Below are positions 12,504 to 25,690 of a DNA stretch of 64,000 bases, piece after piece. Made by a program: the position numbers and the translations under genes. Within the stretch, counting starts at the first letter, position 1, and each line of letters opens with the position of its first letter. The notes under the pieces were generated by a model. It was not told where the DNA came from and did not search any database. It saw only the letters and a program-made list of their open reading frames with translations. This stretch comes from Laetmonice hystrix. Lineage: Eukaryota. The stretch is from NCBI GenBank assembly GCA_965235115.1, contig OZ249440.1:32366001-32430000 (forward strand), in the 5' to 3' direction.

Positions 12504-13727
12504 GAATTTTACTTTTTTTTCCTGCAGCTGAGACATTGGCATTACCAACATTCTCACCGCTGGTGCAAGCTCCCCTAGAATCGAGGGGAGAGTCGTCCAA
12601 TGTGGAGTCGAATTATATCTGAGACAGCAAACCACTACCTTGCTTACCTTCCAAACATTGGTACATCTCATGAATATCTAGTTATAGGATCTCTGATGTG
12701 CAAGAAGTACCCTTGCCTTGTGCGACAGGGCATGACTGACTGGGTGAGTTAAAATTATTAAGCTTATATTTATGCATGGGATTATCAACAGTTTTAGGCT
12801 TTAAAAAAAATCGCCAGGTTTTTTATTTCACGTATCTGTGCAATGCGTTCTGCAGTTAGATTTAGTAGTTAGTACAGTCAACCTGCATTTACATGACCAG
12901 TGTTGATGACCTGAGATGGCAGAATGAGATGTTACCAGAAATCTGCATAAATTATGTTTTATTGTTCTTTCAGTCAGAGTTTAATCTCTGCCTATCTCAG
13001 AAGATACGAAACATGAAGCATGTGATGAAGAAAAAAAGCTTAACCCCTGGAGAAGGATTTAGTGGTGGGTCACACAAACGCATCTGTGTTGCTCCGACTA
13101 GAACGATAACATCCCCTCCCCTAAGTGAAAAGAGTCATGAAGACCTTCTGGATGAACTCAGTGCTGAATGGTTGAGGCGTAACCCTGATGCTACCCACAT
13201 CAGGGTACTTTTAGAAGCAACATATCAGGAAAGACATCGTTGGCTGACTACCTTACCAGCTGGGAAGGTTAAGCCGGTGATCGATAAATACCCCTGTTTC
13301 AAGGATGCAAAGTGGGTAAGTGAATTAGAAATAAATGCAAAATTTTACAAAGGAAAAAAACAAACCAAACAAACATCCTTGGAGCTCATGCAGAAATCTA
13401 TATTTTAAAAATGTAAAGAGTAAAGCAAAACTAAGTTTTCTCCCCCCACAATTCCACGAAGTATAATTCGTGGAATTTTACTAAAACATTGATCACGAAC
13501 AGTCCAGAATAAACATGCAGCACTTGTATGATATTAAATTATAAGGGAAAGGTATTTATCCTCCCTGTGTGATAATAGATTCTTTGCATCATACTGTTTC
13601 AGGTCGACCATGAGTGTACACTAAGGGTTGGGAAAGCCAAGGCCACAGATGTTAATGGCAACCTTGACAAATTCATAAGAGTCGTCAAGAGCATGCTGCC
13701 AGCGTCAGAACAGGACAAAGTAAGGCG

Positions 13728-14207
13728 AATGAATGGGATTGTATGGGAGTGTATTGAATGGGAGTGTATTGAATGGGAGTGTATGGGAATGTATTGAATG
13801 GGATTGTATTGAATGGGAGTGTATGGGAATGTATTGAATGGGATTGTATGGGAGTGTATTGAATGGGATTGTATTGAATGGGATTGTATGGGAGTGTATT
13901 GAATGGGAGTGTATGGGAGTGTATTGAATGGGATTGTGTGGGAGTGTATTGAATGGGATTGTATGGGAGTGTATTGAATGGGATTGTATTGAATGGGATT
14001 GTATGGGAGTGTATTGAATGGGATTGTATGGGAGTGTATTGAATGGGATTGTATGGGAGTGTATTGAATGGGATTGTATGGGAGTGTATTGAATGGGATT
14101 GTATGGGAGTGTATGTGAGTGTATTGAATGGGATTGTGTGGGAGTGTATTGAATGGGATTGTGTGGGAGTGTATTGAATGGGATTGTGTGGGAGTGTATT
14201 GAATGGG
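13728..14207. repeat. Intronic minisatellite, ~25-bp unit GGGATTGTATGGGAGTGTATTGAAT
   Basis: Visible tandem repetition with 15- and 25-bp variants. Confidence 0.95.
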
Positions 14208-14973
14208 TTATTTCTACTTAACTTGTTGTCCTGTCTAAATCCAATACCTTCCCACTTCTTTTTCAGGGAGAACTGGAAATGATTGAGATACTCAGATTTG
14301 TAGAACAAAAGACGAAAGTGGACCGGGGCAAAGGCGCCAAAACTAAGTCAATTATTGAAGTTCACGTAAGTTATTTTGGTAATTGCAGTTAGCAAACCCA
14401 CGTCATAACAAACGTGCAATCATCACACTATTTGCCTAGTTTGCATTTAAGGATGTTTTGTTTAAATATAGTTTGTGAATAAGAGGCGCAAATTCAAAAA
14501 TTTGAATTAAATTAAATTTACATTTCGTTACTGCACAAAAACATTTAATTTTAGGTGTATAATCAAACGATTCTAATCAAATTACTTTAGTGGCCTCAAC
14601 TATTCTAATGGTCTTTATTGCTGTTTGTTTAGGATGGTGTTGCTGATGCTGAGGTCAACCGATGCCTCCAAACAAAGGAACTTTCACCACTAAAACTAGT
14701 GGTAGTGACGGATGGAGATCGTCTGAAGAACTCATTCGTCGTTGGGGATGGAGTCGTGATCAATTGTGGAAAGTCAGAGTTGGGCCTGCATGACAGCATT
14801 TTGACATTACTCTCCAGCTACTACGCCTTCGATTTGGATTATCCAAGGATATACTCACAGGTCTTAGAGGTGCTGCAGGTCGCCCTTTTTGGCGACCCCT
14901 ATGTCCATTTAAAGTCTAGGAACTGGAATGAGTTCATGGAGATCCTTCGACCAAAAATGGCAAAAGACTAAAG

Positions 14974-15238
14974 GGTGGGTATTTGGGATTTTACGCCTTG
15001 CAACAGCCAGGGTCATATCACGGCGGTGAAGATGATGATGAAAGTCAGTTTTTTTTCTTGGTGGAGGAAACCGGAGTGCCCGGAGGAAACCACCGACCTT
15101 CAGGAAGGAACTGACTGACAAACCTTTCACACATGCAGCCCTGGCCGGGGATCGAACCTGGACCGCAGCGGTGTGAGGCGATGGTCCTAGGTGTCATGAG
15201 CCAGCACCTTTGACCACTCGGCCACCCGAGGCCCCCTA
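14974..15238 (-). mobile_element. Full-length tRNA-derived SINE with V/Meta-type conserved core
   Basis: A box TGGCCGAGTGG, B box GGTTCGATCCC, core GGTCGGTGGTTTCCTCCGGGCACTCCGGTTTCCTCCACC; 13-bp TSD CAAAAGACTAAAG (14961-14973, 15239-15251). Confidence 0.9.
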
Positions 15239-18200
15239 CAAAAGACTAAAGAAGCTGTGACATGTATGTGAGTTCGCTCCTACATTTATTGGCAGGTCTG
15301 CGGTTTTCAACAGATATTACATTATTTTTGCAAGGTTTATATGTACATGGAAAAGTACCCGGTACATATTTAAACTTTTTATATGGTCTCAGTCATGCTT
15401 TCCATCCAAAATATTGAAAAGGGATCTTACACTGTTTATCTACCTTATTTAATTTGTTCTATATTTTTTTATTATTTAGAAGTTTTGAGAATTCTGCAGG
15501 ATCAGAATAGGCGTCTTAGATTGTTACATCATTGTTGATTGAAAAAATTAACAAAAGAAAAATACGTACAAACATGTAAGTTGGGGCTACAGTCATGCTT
15601 TGGCATTTTGGAGCCAAGGTTTTGAAAAGGGATCCTATACAGCTTATCATGTATGTTTGACACAGTGACAATCTATGTAACCTTTTCTATAGGTTTTACT
15701 TTGTATGTTTGATCAGGATCAGAAGTTGGCAAATTAGATTGGTACAACATCGTGTGACTGTTTAAATATCGTTTTGTTAATTTTCAGTGAGGGAGGAGGG
15801 GGATAGAAGATGTGAGTTATGTTTTAGGATGAGTGGTTCAAAATAATGGTTACGGCACAGCAGTATTTGCCCTAACATCAAAGTGTAACAGTGTAAAACA
15901 TATATATGTAATAAACGGAAAAAAGTGTTTTAAATCTGTTACAGCCTATAAACGCGTTCAAGCGTTTTAAAGGTAAACATTTAAACATGTGTATTACCAA
16001 AACACATAGTGTTTTTAAATAAACGTTTGAGTGTTTTTAACTAAGACATTAGCGTTTTTGTCTCAAAACACGGGATGTTTATCCAGAAAACACCTATTCG
16101 TTTCTTAGAACACACGTTAATCCGTTTTTTATCTGTTACAAAAAAGTGCTTTTAAAAATGTGTTGTTTCAAAACATCCGGATTTAGAGTGTTGGCTGCTC
16201 CCCATCACATATGATCAGATACAAAAACGAACATAAAATAGAGATCTACTTATTATCCTGTGTTATAGCTACCTTTCCCTTCATGCAGCCGCGTGCAAGA
16301 ACAATAGCCGATTTAATCGATTTAATCGAGCCCTAGATCTAGACATTAGATCAAAACATAAGTCATAACTTAGAGTAAGTTAGACTGTAGCCTAACTGTA
16401 AGATGATCGTGATTGGCTTGAAGTTGTATGTAAATGTAACTATGATGTCATTGATCTCATAGACATGAAGACGACTGACCAATCGAAAAAAATGAATTCT
16501 ATCACATGACCAATATAGGTCAGTTCGAAAAGGCATTGTCTATGAAAAGTTACGCTAGTCAGCAGCAGAACTCTGTTCATTACTTGTAAATTAGACCTCT
16601 ATTTCGAAGTAGAAACCGGGAAACCTTACATATTCTAAAGAAAAACAACGTCGTCGTAAACTACGTCAATTCTGGCGCGTCATCTGCGGTATTCCGTCTA
16701 TGTAGAACACAGCAGAAGTGGTGGAATATAGGTAAAATCTGTTGAGAATCCAATTTTAGGGGGGTCGGCAAGGTTACTGTACTCTGTATTCACTGGGTGA
16801 GGTCAGATATGAGAGTTAACTATACACCTGGATTATCCAGGTGTTATCTCAGGAAAAAGCATTAACCTGGACCTTTAACACTAGGCTCCAGTTAACATTT
16901 TGACAACACCTTGTTAATACTTTGAAAAAACTCAGGTAACACTTTCCTGACACATCAGCCACACACTCTATAATACTAATAATACTAATACTAATAAACT
17001 TTACACAAAATTTACAAATTCAACCTATTCCTTATACCCTATTCCATAACAACAAAAACATAGGGTTTTGGTACTAAATATGTCTTCCTAGATGGTATAG
17101 TTTCTGAGACATTGACTTTGATACTGGCCAGACTGCCATCATAACGTTTAAAATTCAGCCATTTTGTACCGCCATTTTGAAATCTGGTTTCATATCCATT
17201 TAAATGATTTGGAAACATGTTCATCAGATTCCTTGACCCTCAAAACATATATTTTGACACCAAGAATGTCTTTCTAGGTGGCATAGTTCCTGAGATACTG
17301 GCTTCCCGTGCTCGAAGTCGGCCATCTTGGAAAATGGCGTCGTACGCAAATCGCACGCATTTTTGACAATGTCATCACATGGATTCATGATCCCCACACC
17401 CAAAGGATCATTTTTCGGCATTAGGACAAATGTTACCCTTCCGGCCCCACCTACTCGAAAACTAGAGCCTTTTTGGGGGTCTTGCTGCAGGACTATCATT
17501 ATAGCATCTGTTTTACAAAATTCTTGCGGTTTTAATGATGTATGGCATGCTTTTCTATTGCTAAGAACAACGAAGTTACAGCGAGTTTTCTGACACTGCT
17601 TCATTCCCAAACCTTTTTCTTTACGTTTTATGCGTGTGCGACCTATAGGGAGTTCTACATTTTCGGCACGGCGGCAGCGCGCCAGTTTCTTGTTTACATC
17701 CAGGTAAGTGGTCCCGACATAGCCACCCACCCACCCCACCCCCCAGAATGGCGACCTTGTTTTGTTGAAAAGACTGTCTCACTTGGCACAAGTGGTATGT
17801 TAGGGGGTTTTGAAAAATGGCAAGTATTTCTTTATTATTGGTCGCATCTGAGCGAATCAACCACCAAATTGAAGCACAAGAGATACTCTTTCCATACCAA
17901 TTACTACATTGTCCTGATTTTGTCAAATCGCTGATTCATCGCCCTATTCGTGTGTATATTTTTTGACTCACCCTGTATAGGTCACATTTTACGTTGACAC
18001 ACACTTGGGGGTCGAGATTCGGTATATCAGAAGAAAACACAAACACGTGCGTGTATATATTATATGTATTCATTTTAAAGATACATTTACAACAATCAAA
18101 ATCAAGGGTGTACGTCATTGTTTCCCATCCCAGCTACACCTTCTACTCTTACCCCATGACATAGATCCAACAGATTTTCTACAATTTCTGGCTGTTGGTG

Positions 18201-18302
18201 ATGATTTGACCAGTTTTTCAGAAGTGACCGACAAATAAAAATGAAATTGGCACTGAATGTTCATGGGAAATTGCCATTCCATTGAGAGGCCTGTCAGTCA
18301 AA

Positions 18303-20365
18303 GACAAGCTTGTGAAGCTTATAGCCCCCACCACAAACTATGGGTTCTTGAAAAAACGATGTACGACTTCAACTGATCTTTGAGGGGCAAAGGAGATATT
18401 GTCAAATGAAACTTCGTATGTACTTCGTCTGCATCTTAGTAAAGTTCTATGCAGTTATGTACAGCTTGATAGCGTTATCCGGCGTGAAGATGCACTTTGT
18501 CTGCAATAACTATGCAGTTATGTACAGTTTGATATTGTTAATCTGTTATCCGACGTGAAGTGTTTTGTAGATGCTTGACCTCGATTGACCTTTAGAGGTC
18601 AGTTATGGACAGTTTGATAGCGTTATCCGGCGTGAACCAACTGAGTAGGGACAAATTATCTGTGGGTCCAGGAACTATGCGTACTTTTGGCACGCTTGTT
18701 GCCCCTCATGCCTGGCAGTCTGGCCTTCTGTCAGCAAGAACGAAATCCAGAAAATTGCTTCGAATTTCTTTAAATCCAAGATGGCCACCAAGCAGCCATT
18801 TTTAATGATATATTTGACCTGTGTCCTCCTTAGACTGTCCCTGGTTATTATGTAATGTTTCATGCAAGATTAGATGTTGTTATCTTCAACTGGTTTGGAG
18901 GTACAGGCCATTAAAATATGCATGACCTTGATTGACCTTTCAGGGTCGCTCAAGGTCATCGAAAATGGCGCCAAATGAAACGTCATATATGACTTCCTAT
19001 CTATCAATAATAGTAACTATTGCGTCATCTTGCACCGCTTTCGAGATATAAGCCAAAACAGTGTCATTGTGGGGGTCAAGAAGCAAATATGGCCGCCATG
19101 TCACCAATTTATGCTTAGGTCCCACTGGGGAAAAATCATTGGCGATGTAGAAATACACAAATTGTCTCCCGATGGGTCCCGATGCTCCCGATGTTTTTGG
19201 CCCAAACAACGGAGCAGTCCCATTACAGATGACACTCATTAGGCATCGGGGATGGTCTGGGGACTTTCCTCCGAACAATGGCCGTGAATCATCGGGGATG
19301 GCTCCCGATGGCCGGGAAAGCCCCGGGGTACCTTCGCCGATAATCGGCGAAGGTGCCCAGAGCTACCTCGAATTTGAAACACCATCGGGGGAATATTAGG
19401 GGAAGCATCGGTGAGTACTTGCGAACCATCCCCGGTGCCTCCCCAACAACCCTTCCCCGAGGCACCGGGTATGGTTCGCAAGTACTCACCGATGCTTTCC
19501 CGGTGTCTCGGGGAAGCATTGGGGAGGTATGGGAAGAATGCACTTTCAACCATCACCGACATTTCGGCGAATATTCGGGAATGCAACCCCACATCGGGAA
19601 TGTATCACCGACAGGTCGCTGAGAGGTCGCCGGACATGCGGCGGAGATTAAAATATCCCCGGAGGTTCCCTGATCCTTCGCCGAATCAACACACGAGGTT
19701 TGGGGAGATGAAGGTTTCGCGGAAGCTCAGGGAAAGCATCCCTGGGGCTTCCCCGGGGCTCGGGAAAGCTACGGGTTTGCCTCTCCAGCCTGTTTTACCG
19801 ACAAAACGTCGGGAACACATCAGGAAAAATTGCAATGCAGGCATTGAATTTTTTCGAAGTTCTTCCGATGCCTCCCGATGCCTCCCGAAGGTTCAGCATG
19901 GCTCCAGACGCTCCCAAGGCTTCCCCGGAACACCAGGGAACCTGTTCCTGACGCCTCCCGAGGCTCTTCAATTTACATCGGGAGAACATCCCCGGGGTCA
20001 AAAATGCCCAGTGGGACTGAGCCATAAGATCTGAATCGAAATTTTATTGTGATGCATATTGGCCCTCTTTATGCCTCATCCCTGCACCATGTTTGAAAGA
20101 AATCGTGATTGTTTTGGCTGAGTTATTGCTCAAAATGTGTTTGCATCCAAGATGGCCGCCAAGCGGCCATTTTGAATGATATCAAAAATCTGTTTGACGT
20201 GCATCATCCTCAGTTCATCCCTGATCATTGTGTGAAGTTTCAAACAAATCGACCCATACACTTCTGAGAAATCGCTGTCTACGGACATACGGACGGACGT
20301 ACGGACGGACGGACGTACAGACGGACGGAGGGCGAATTATAAGCCCCCGTTGTGGGGGCTAATAA
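18303..20365. mobile_element. Helentron-associated non-autonomous element (HINE-like)
   Basis: TTATAGCCCCC near the left end; AGCCCCC-GTTGT-GGGGGCT hairpin at the right end; (ACGG)n microsatellite 20280-20330; internal tandem repeats 18447-18636. Confidence 0.6.
19112..20023. mobile_element. PIF/Harbinger-like MITE nested in the HINE
   Basis: GCTTAGGTCCCACTGGG at the left and CCCAGTGGGACTGAGCC at the right; many internal CCGATG/CATCGG inverted motifs. Confidence 0.65.
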
Positions 20366-20382
20366 AGACACACCCTTTCACC

Positions 20383-20388
20383 TTTATT
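20383..20388 (-). promoter_or_regulatory. Candidate polyadenylation signal of the guanylyl cyclase gene
   Basis: AATAAA on the minus strand ~690 nt after the stop codon, at the end of an AT-rich, non-repetitive tract. Confidence 0.4.
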
Positions 20389-21077
20389 TAACCTGATACC
20401 TGTATAGGGCACAGTTTTATCATATTCCTGAGAAAACAGGTTTCACCGAAGCCTAAGTGTGGAGCCTGTCCCTCTGGTGGTCAGAGGCCTAACACACAAA
20501 CATAACAGCACAGACAGCTTTACATATAAATATTGATCTTATCAGGTTTAGTGTTTCTAGGTATTCACAAGGTTTTCATGACCAACTATATAAACTTACT
20601 AGATATCTGTCAAATAGGTCATTTATCGTCTACATAACTACCTAAGAATGAATATACCAAAAGTTCTATTTGCTCTGATTAGGAAAGACAAATATTTGTA
20701 TCTTATTAAGATAAAGTTCCTTTCAACAGAAAGCAAAAAGCAAGCATATAGGAGTTTATGTAACCGCATAAATAAACTATGATCATGTGCTGGAATATAA
20801 TTTTAAGACAGATATAGAGGTATTGATAGATATTCTGGCGCTGGAATAATTAAACTTTAGAGTAGGGACACAACATATAATGTCAGAAAATACGAAGAGA
20901 CCCCTTCATGTTCTACATTCTTTAAAAAAGTAACTTCCAATGGACCTAATCGTCCATGACGAAGAGGGGTAGGCCGTTAGTGGTTACAGTGGTAACTTCA
21001 GGACCAGGAACAATGCAGTCTGTTGTGCAGGCGCCACCTTGGAGTGCCCTACCGACGACGCTGGCTACCGTCTCCGT

Positions 21078-21152
21078 TCATATTGGTTTTGGTAGTCGCT
21101 TTCCGTAACCGTCCTTGCCAATCAGCCAGTACGTCGTCTGGCTTCCTTTGCC
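21078..21152 (-). CDS. Receptor (membrane) guanylyl cyclase, terminal coding exon
   Basis: Polypyrimidine TTTTTCAAG acceptor, then GKGSQTTYWLIGKDGYGKRLPKPI*, the conserved GKG...TYWL.G end of the cyclase domain. Joins in phase 0 to the exon at 47983-48074. Confidence 0.85.
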   Translation of the reverse strand, partial: GKGSQTTYWLIGKDGYGKRLPKPI

Positions 21153-24100
21153 CTTGAAAAACAGTAAAATGGTAACTGCACGGTGAAAAAACTTGTATCT
21201 ACCTGATCTTTTATCCTCAGGATCCCGAGGGGAACAAAACCTCGTCACCGGTGTCTTCTAATTATAAAAATTTGTGACACGATTTCATTTTTTCACTTGA
21301 AATGCCGTTACATTCCTTAAACCACTAGTTCTACATCCAATGTTAACAATTCCTTCTGATTTTCCTATAATTCTCCAAATGCTTTTAACGTCAAACAGAA
21401 ACGATCTTATAGGTAACACGTGCCTTTTAGCTGAGAAAAAAACGATAATCTGGACAAATTAACATGAATTCGTCAGTCGTGCTCTGTCATTCGAACCGGG
21501 ACTATAGGAACAGACGGGTGAATTCCCTAGTGTCAATAAAACGTGCAGTTCTTTTAATACATGCCTACGTAGCATGAACGGCTGCAACACTCATTCCGGA
21601 AACAGCCGAGGAATTCGGAGCATTGCTATAGGGCGTGCAAGTCTCACGGCCTTGACACGTATTAAATGAACAGAAATAGCCTCGAAACGCGCCACTTTGG
21701 TCCATAAACGATTGTTACATCACAATTTTTCCATTGGTTTAACATGTGATGAGTAAACACACTTTCAAACATCGACTAGATTGTTGTCAGTTTTGACATC
21801 TAAGACATGAAATGTATTCTTTCACACGTAAAACAGTTAGTTCTCTTGTTTTGTAAGTTACAAGAATAAAAGCACCCTAACCGTGAAATAATATTTAGAA
21901 CTTGGGAGTTGCCGGCTCCTATGGGAGCCGCAATGCTGAAGTGATGAGATTACGGCAGGTTAGGACCAAAGCTGGCCGTTCTCGGGTTTTCTTCTGTTTT
22001 CTCTTGACTCACTTACACGCCCTATACATATACTTTCTCATCTCGAGGATGATTGGTTGATTCTCTTTCAATTAAATTTATTTTATGTCTCCAAAACCAG
22101 GAAAATATTTTACCTCCTTTTAAAACAGATTTCTGGGGCAGCATGCCCGGACCACCATAGTTAGCACCACCGCGAAAGCCTACCTCTTTTTGTTCAAAAA
22201 AGGAGGGCAGGTATGGAACCATGGGGGTACCCACCCAAATTACCTTCATCTCCATCTTTCCATTCGGTTTACTCTGGACGAGGACTGTTTTGAAGAAAAG
22301 GGACTAGTTGTTGCCGACGGAGTGAGGGAGTATTACTATGAGCAATAAACGGCATTACTTTTCAACACCTCGTGACGAGTTAACCCTTTCCAGTCTGGCA
22401 CAGTACCCTGCCAGGAGGCTGCGGGATTTTCAGACAAAATTACACAAAAAAATCATAGTGGGGAAAAACGTCTATAGATTTTATTTAAGCAAGTTTTATA
22501 TGATAGGAAACATGTTAGACTTTCAACATAAATTATTATTTTGGAAATTGGTTGACTCCTGACCATTTGACCACTGGCCTTTGAACGTTCAAAACAAATA
22601 TTCATCCCATATCCCATTCTCCATAGGAAAACTATAGAGAAAAATCGGCTGTATATCAAAATCGGCCGTAATCGGTCTGTGTATCTGGGCTTTTACATTA
22701 TGTATATCGTCGACTAACAATTAACTAAGAATTAAGAATAAGATTAAGAATTAAGACTAAGAATTAACTACGAATTAATAACTTTTAGTCTATTATATTA
22801 TATTATATTATATGATCCACATGCAATACAGTTTAAACGAGCCTATTGAGACACTCCTGTCTGTGTGTCGACACTGACTTCTGGGTACCATAAAATTTCA
22901 GTATACCATAGGTCTATCTGCACTTTTTGTGTTTAAATAAAAAGATAAGTACAGTATCCACTCTCAAAAATGACTACTTTGAACTAAGTAAGTACTCTAG
23001 CTTAAATGCCAACAATTTCAGTATTCAGTGATGAAGATGACAGTGTCAGACAGTGGCCTTGGCATTAAATGGGTGGATGTAAAAGCAGGATCGGTTGCTG
23101 CAGATAGACCTAGTCAACTTTGAAATGGTTAACGTAAAAAAAACATTTTGAAAAAAATGCAGATAGACCTTGTTAATTCTCAGTCGACGATATGTTGTGC
23201 ATAAGAATGGGGCTTTATTGTGTAAGCAAGGAGATATCGAGGGTCGCTTTTGTTATCAGAGTACCTGTCAGGTTTGACGGACATTTAGGTTGGAACGTTA
23301 GAATAATCTGGTCTGTTCCATTACGGGTTTTCCTGACCGACCCAATTCAACATGAACGACTCTTTAGCGGTTTCGGGTCAGTGACTGTTTAATCTGAATG
23401 ACACAGTCACACTGTGGTATCAGGCCAGCGACTGAGGAAAGGAAAAAGGATAAGGAAAGGATATCCATGGGATCAATTATGCAAAAGTGAATAACGTTGT
23501 CATAAGGCACATCAAAAAAGGAGTATCTTCCTCCATCCTTGCTCTCTGTTGTACCCTTTCTAGTTCACTTGCTTACTTGCTTAACATGTCGCAAATGGGT
23601 ACGTGTAGGCCATAGATACTGTCCGCTGTAATCGGACTTTTCGTTAAATTGTTTTAAAAAGATTTTCATGCATTTATTGTGACAAAAAACCACAGACTTT
23701 CCTGGCGGCGGGAATATTAACAGCTGGACACAGTAATGCATGAATGTGAATTGTCCTAAAAAGTACAGTTAGAGTGTATATTGCAATAAATCATAGAGCC
23801 ATTAAGGCATATCACCAGCTGTTTCAAAGATCACTAAAAATTATGCCTTTAGGCCAAAAAAAAAATTTCGTTTCTTGTCCTTTCGTATCAAAAATTTGGT
23901 GCGGTGACGCGTTTTTTTTCATCTTTTTTTTTTGATGCAACTAGACAACGGCTGATTCTTCGAATGCAATTGCTGTTAGGTACATGAAGAAATCTTGAAG
24001 AAAAGACTAAATGCACTGATGTTCAATGTTTTCATTAAAGAATGTGTAAAACTCACATAAAAAGCAATAAGACTAACAGAAAAACGCCAATGCCAAAGAA

Positions 24101-25552
24101 CCGTTGCAACGTTCTGTCTCAGCGCTACAGTGCCCACCATTGTAGGTAATTGTAAATTGCGGGTAATTTTTGGAGGCGATACTTGAACAGAACTAGTCCG
24201 ACCTGTTGAACCCGGAACTCGTACCTGCGCATGACACCTGCGCAAATCTTACCTGTGCCCGGCAGCCTGGGGATCGGCCTCATTTCAGCTCGCGCCACAC
24301 GACGTACCACACAACACTACTTTTGGAAAGACCGCATGACCACTTCTACCAAGGTTTTTATCAACACTTTTACCCACATCCTTATACGGCGCCCAATACC
24401 GTACTAAAATGCCTGGGAAGCCTAAGAAGAACACGCCAAAGAACACACCAAAGGGAACACACCGCAAGCAACCCCCGCCAGTCGAGGCACCCGGCTGCTC
24501 AAGCGACCAGGACGTCACGCGCGCAGGCCAGCCCCCCCCAGCCCGGCTGCCACCCACGGACACAGAAGCCGTCGCTACCATCGCAGCGAGAGTGGACCGC
24601 ATAGACTGCCGTCTGGACTTCGTAGCGACCATGCTTGGCCAGGTGGCCTCTCGTCTATCACCTCTGGACGACGCCTATATGGGTCTGTCACCGACTACAC
24701 CACAGACACGTCCGCCCCGCACGCCACCTGCACCCCGCCCGACCAGCGTCTACCACCACCCCAACCACCCAGCCATCCGCCTAAGCGACCTCCACACTGA
24801 CGAGGACATCGTGGACAAAGTAACACCAGCTCTGCAGCACTCGTTAGAGCCGGAGGACAAAGGTAAATACTTTGCTCACACCTTTATAACGAGAGGCCAG
24901 AAGTGGGTTAAAGCAACCTTGGGGGAGCTATCACTACCCAACTATGTCTGGGGCTTTCTCCAACTAATTAAAACAGCACCAGACCAGAAGGCCTGCTCTG
25001 CTATGCACGAACATTTGGAAAAGTTAGCAGACGACGCAAGGCAGTACGACTGGTCAAATGTTCGCTTTTTGGAGCGAGGAGGTCTGCGCACGCGTGGCCT
25101 TTTATATGATAGGAAGGCAGGCTCACTTGCGACAGCTTCTACGAGATTGACCGCCTGCAGACCAGGTACAGCCATGCCCCCTCTGCGGTCCAACGGGCCC
25201 CGCAAAAGGCAGTTCAGGAACACACCTACACGACCGACACGCTAACTCAAAATAGGCGCGGAAAAGAAGGACCGCCATGCCCCGCTTACCAGCACGGCGA
25301 GTGCATGGAGCAGGGCTATCACCTCATTAAAGGACACCGACACCTGCACGTCTGCGCCGTTCCAAAAGAGGCCCTGTATGCGCACCCTAAATACCAGTGC
25401 AGGTCCAAGCGCTCTCATCAGTCGGGGTTCGGAAACTAAACACCGGACGCCGCCCCGACTATCGGAGGACAAGGTACTTCTTCCCTAGCTCAAAATCTGT
25501 GTTACACGCGAACAACCCGCAAGTCGGGCGCTGCCCTACGACTCGGCCAACC

Positions 25553-25690
25553 CCGTCGCTGTCCCGGGGCGAGGACGCCGTAATCTTGACTCCATCCTAC
25601 AGTGTTAGCGATAATAAAGACCCGTCGCTGTCCTGGGACGAGGATGCCGTAATCTCGACTGCAGCCCATAGTGTTAGCGATAATAAAGAC
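25553..25690 (+). repeat. 69-bp in-frame tandem duplication inside the YR element
   Basis: Two copies starting CCGTCGCTGTCC at 25553 and 25622 (PSLS..EDAVI....SVSDNKD x2). Confidence 0.9.

Larger units (their letters stand above)
11820..14971 (+). pseudogene. Multi-exon CACTA accessory gene with CIDE-N-like domain and SAMD3-like C-terminus
   Basis: AG/GT-bounded exons 11820-12135, 12528-12743, 12974-13315, 13603-13719, 14267-14365, 14633-14971; the last four splice in phase 0 and stay open. VLESDGTPIDEDE...LMLL....WSP (CIDE-N-like); KKYPCL; YYAFDLDYP...LEVLQ. Frameshifts in the first two exons. Confidence 0.7.
10774..16190 (+). mobile_element. CACTA/EnSpm-type DNA transposon, left end missing
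   Basis: Transposase C-terminal half, a second spliced gene, AAACAC/GTTTT-rich subterminal repeats (15900-16180), and a terminus whose reverse complement is CACTCTAAATCC (ends 16190). Confidence 0.7.

Noticed and set aside
13685..14308. 207-aa repetitive ORF
   Set aside because: Translation of an intronic minisatellite.
19172..20034. Overlapping GC-rich ORFs up to 207 aa
   Set aside because: They lie within a palindromic MITE and show no recognisable protein motifs.
22244..22284. Genuine penultimate cyclase exon (..GKMEMK|gt)
   Set aside because: It lacks the KIH.S motif; the exon at 47983-48074 fits far better, and this sequence matches the satellite unit.
22380..22990. Isolated TTAACCCTTT (piggyBac-like, 22380) and CACTCTCAAAAA (CACTA-like, 22959) termini
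   Set aside because: No partner TIR or TSD could be found by eye.
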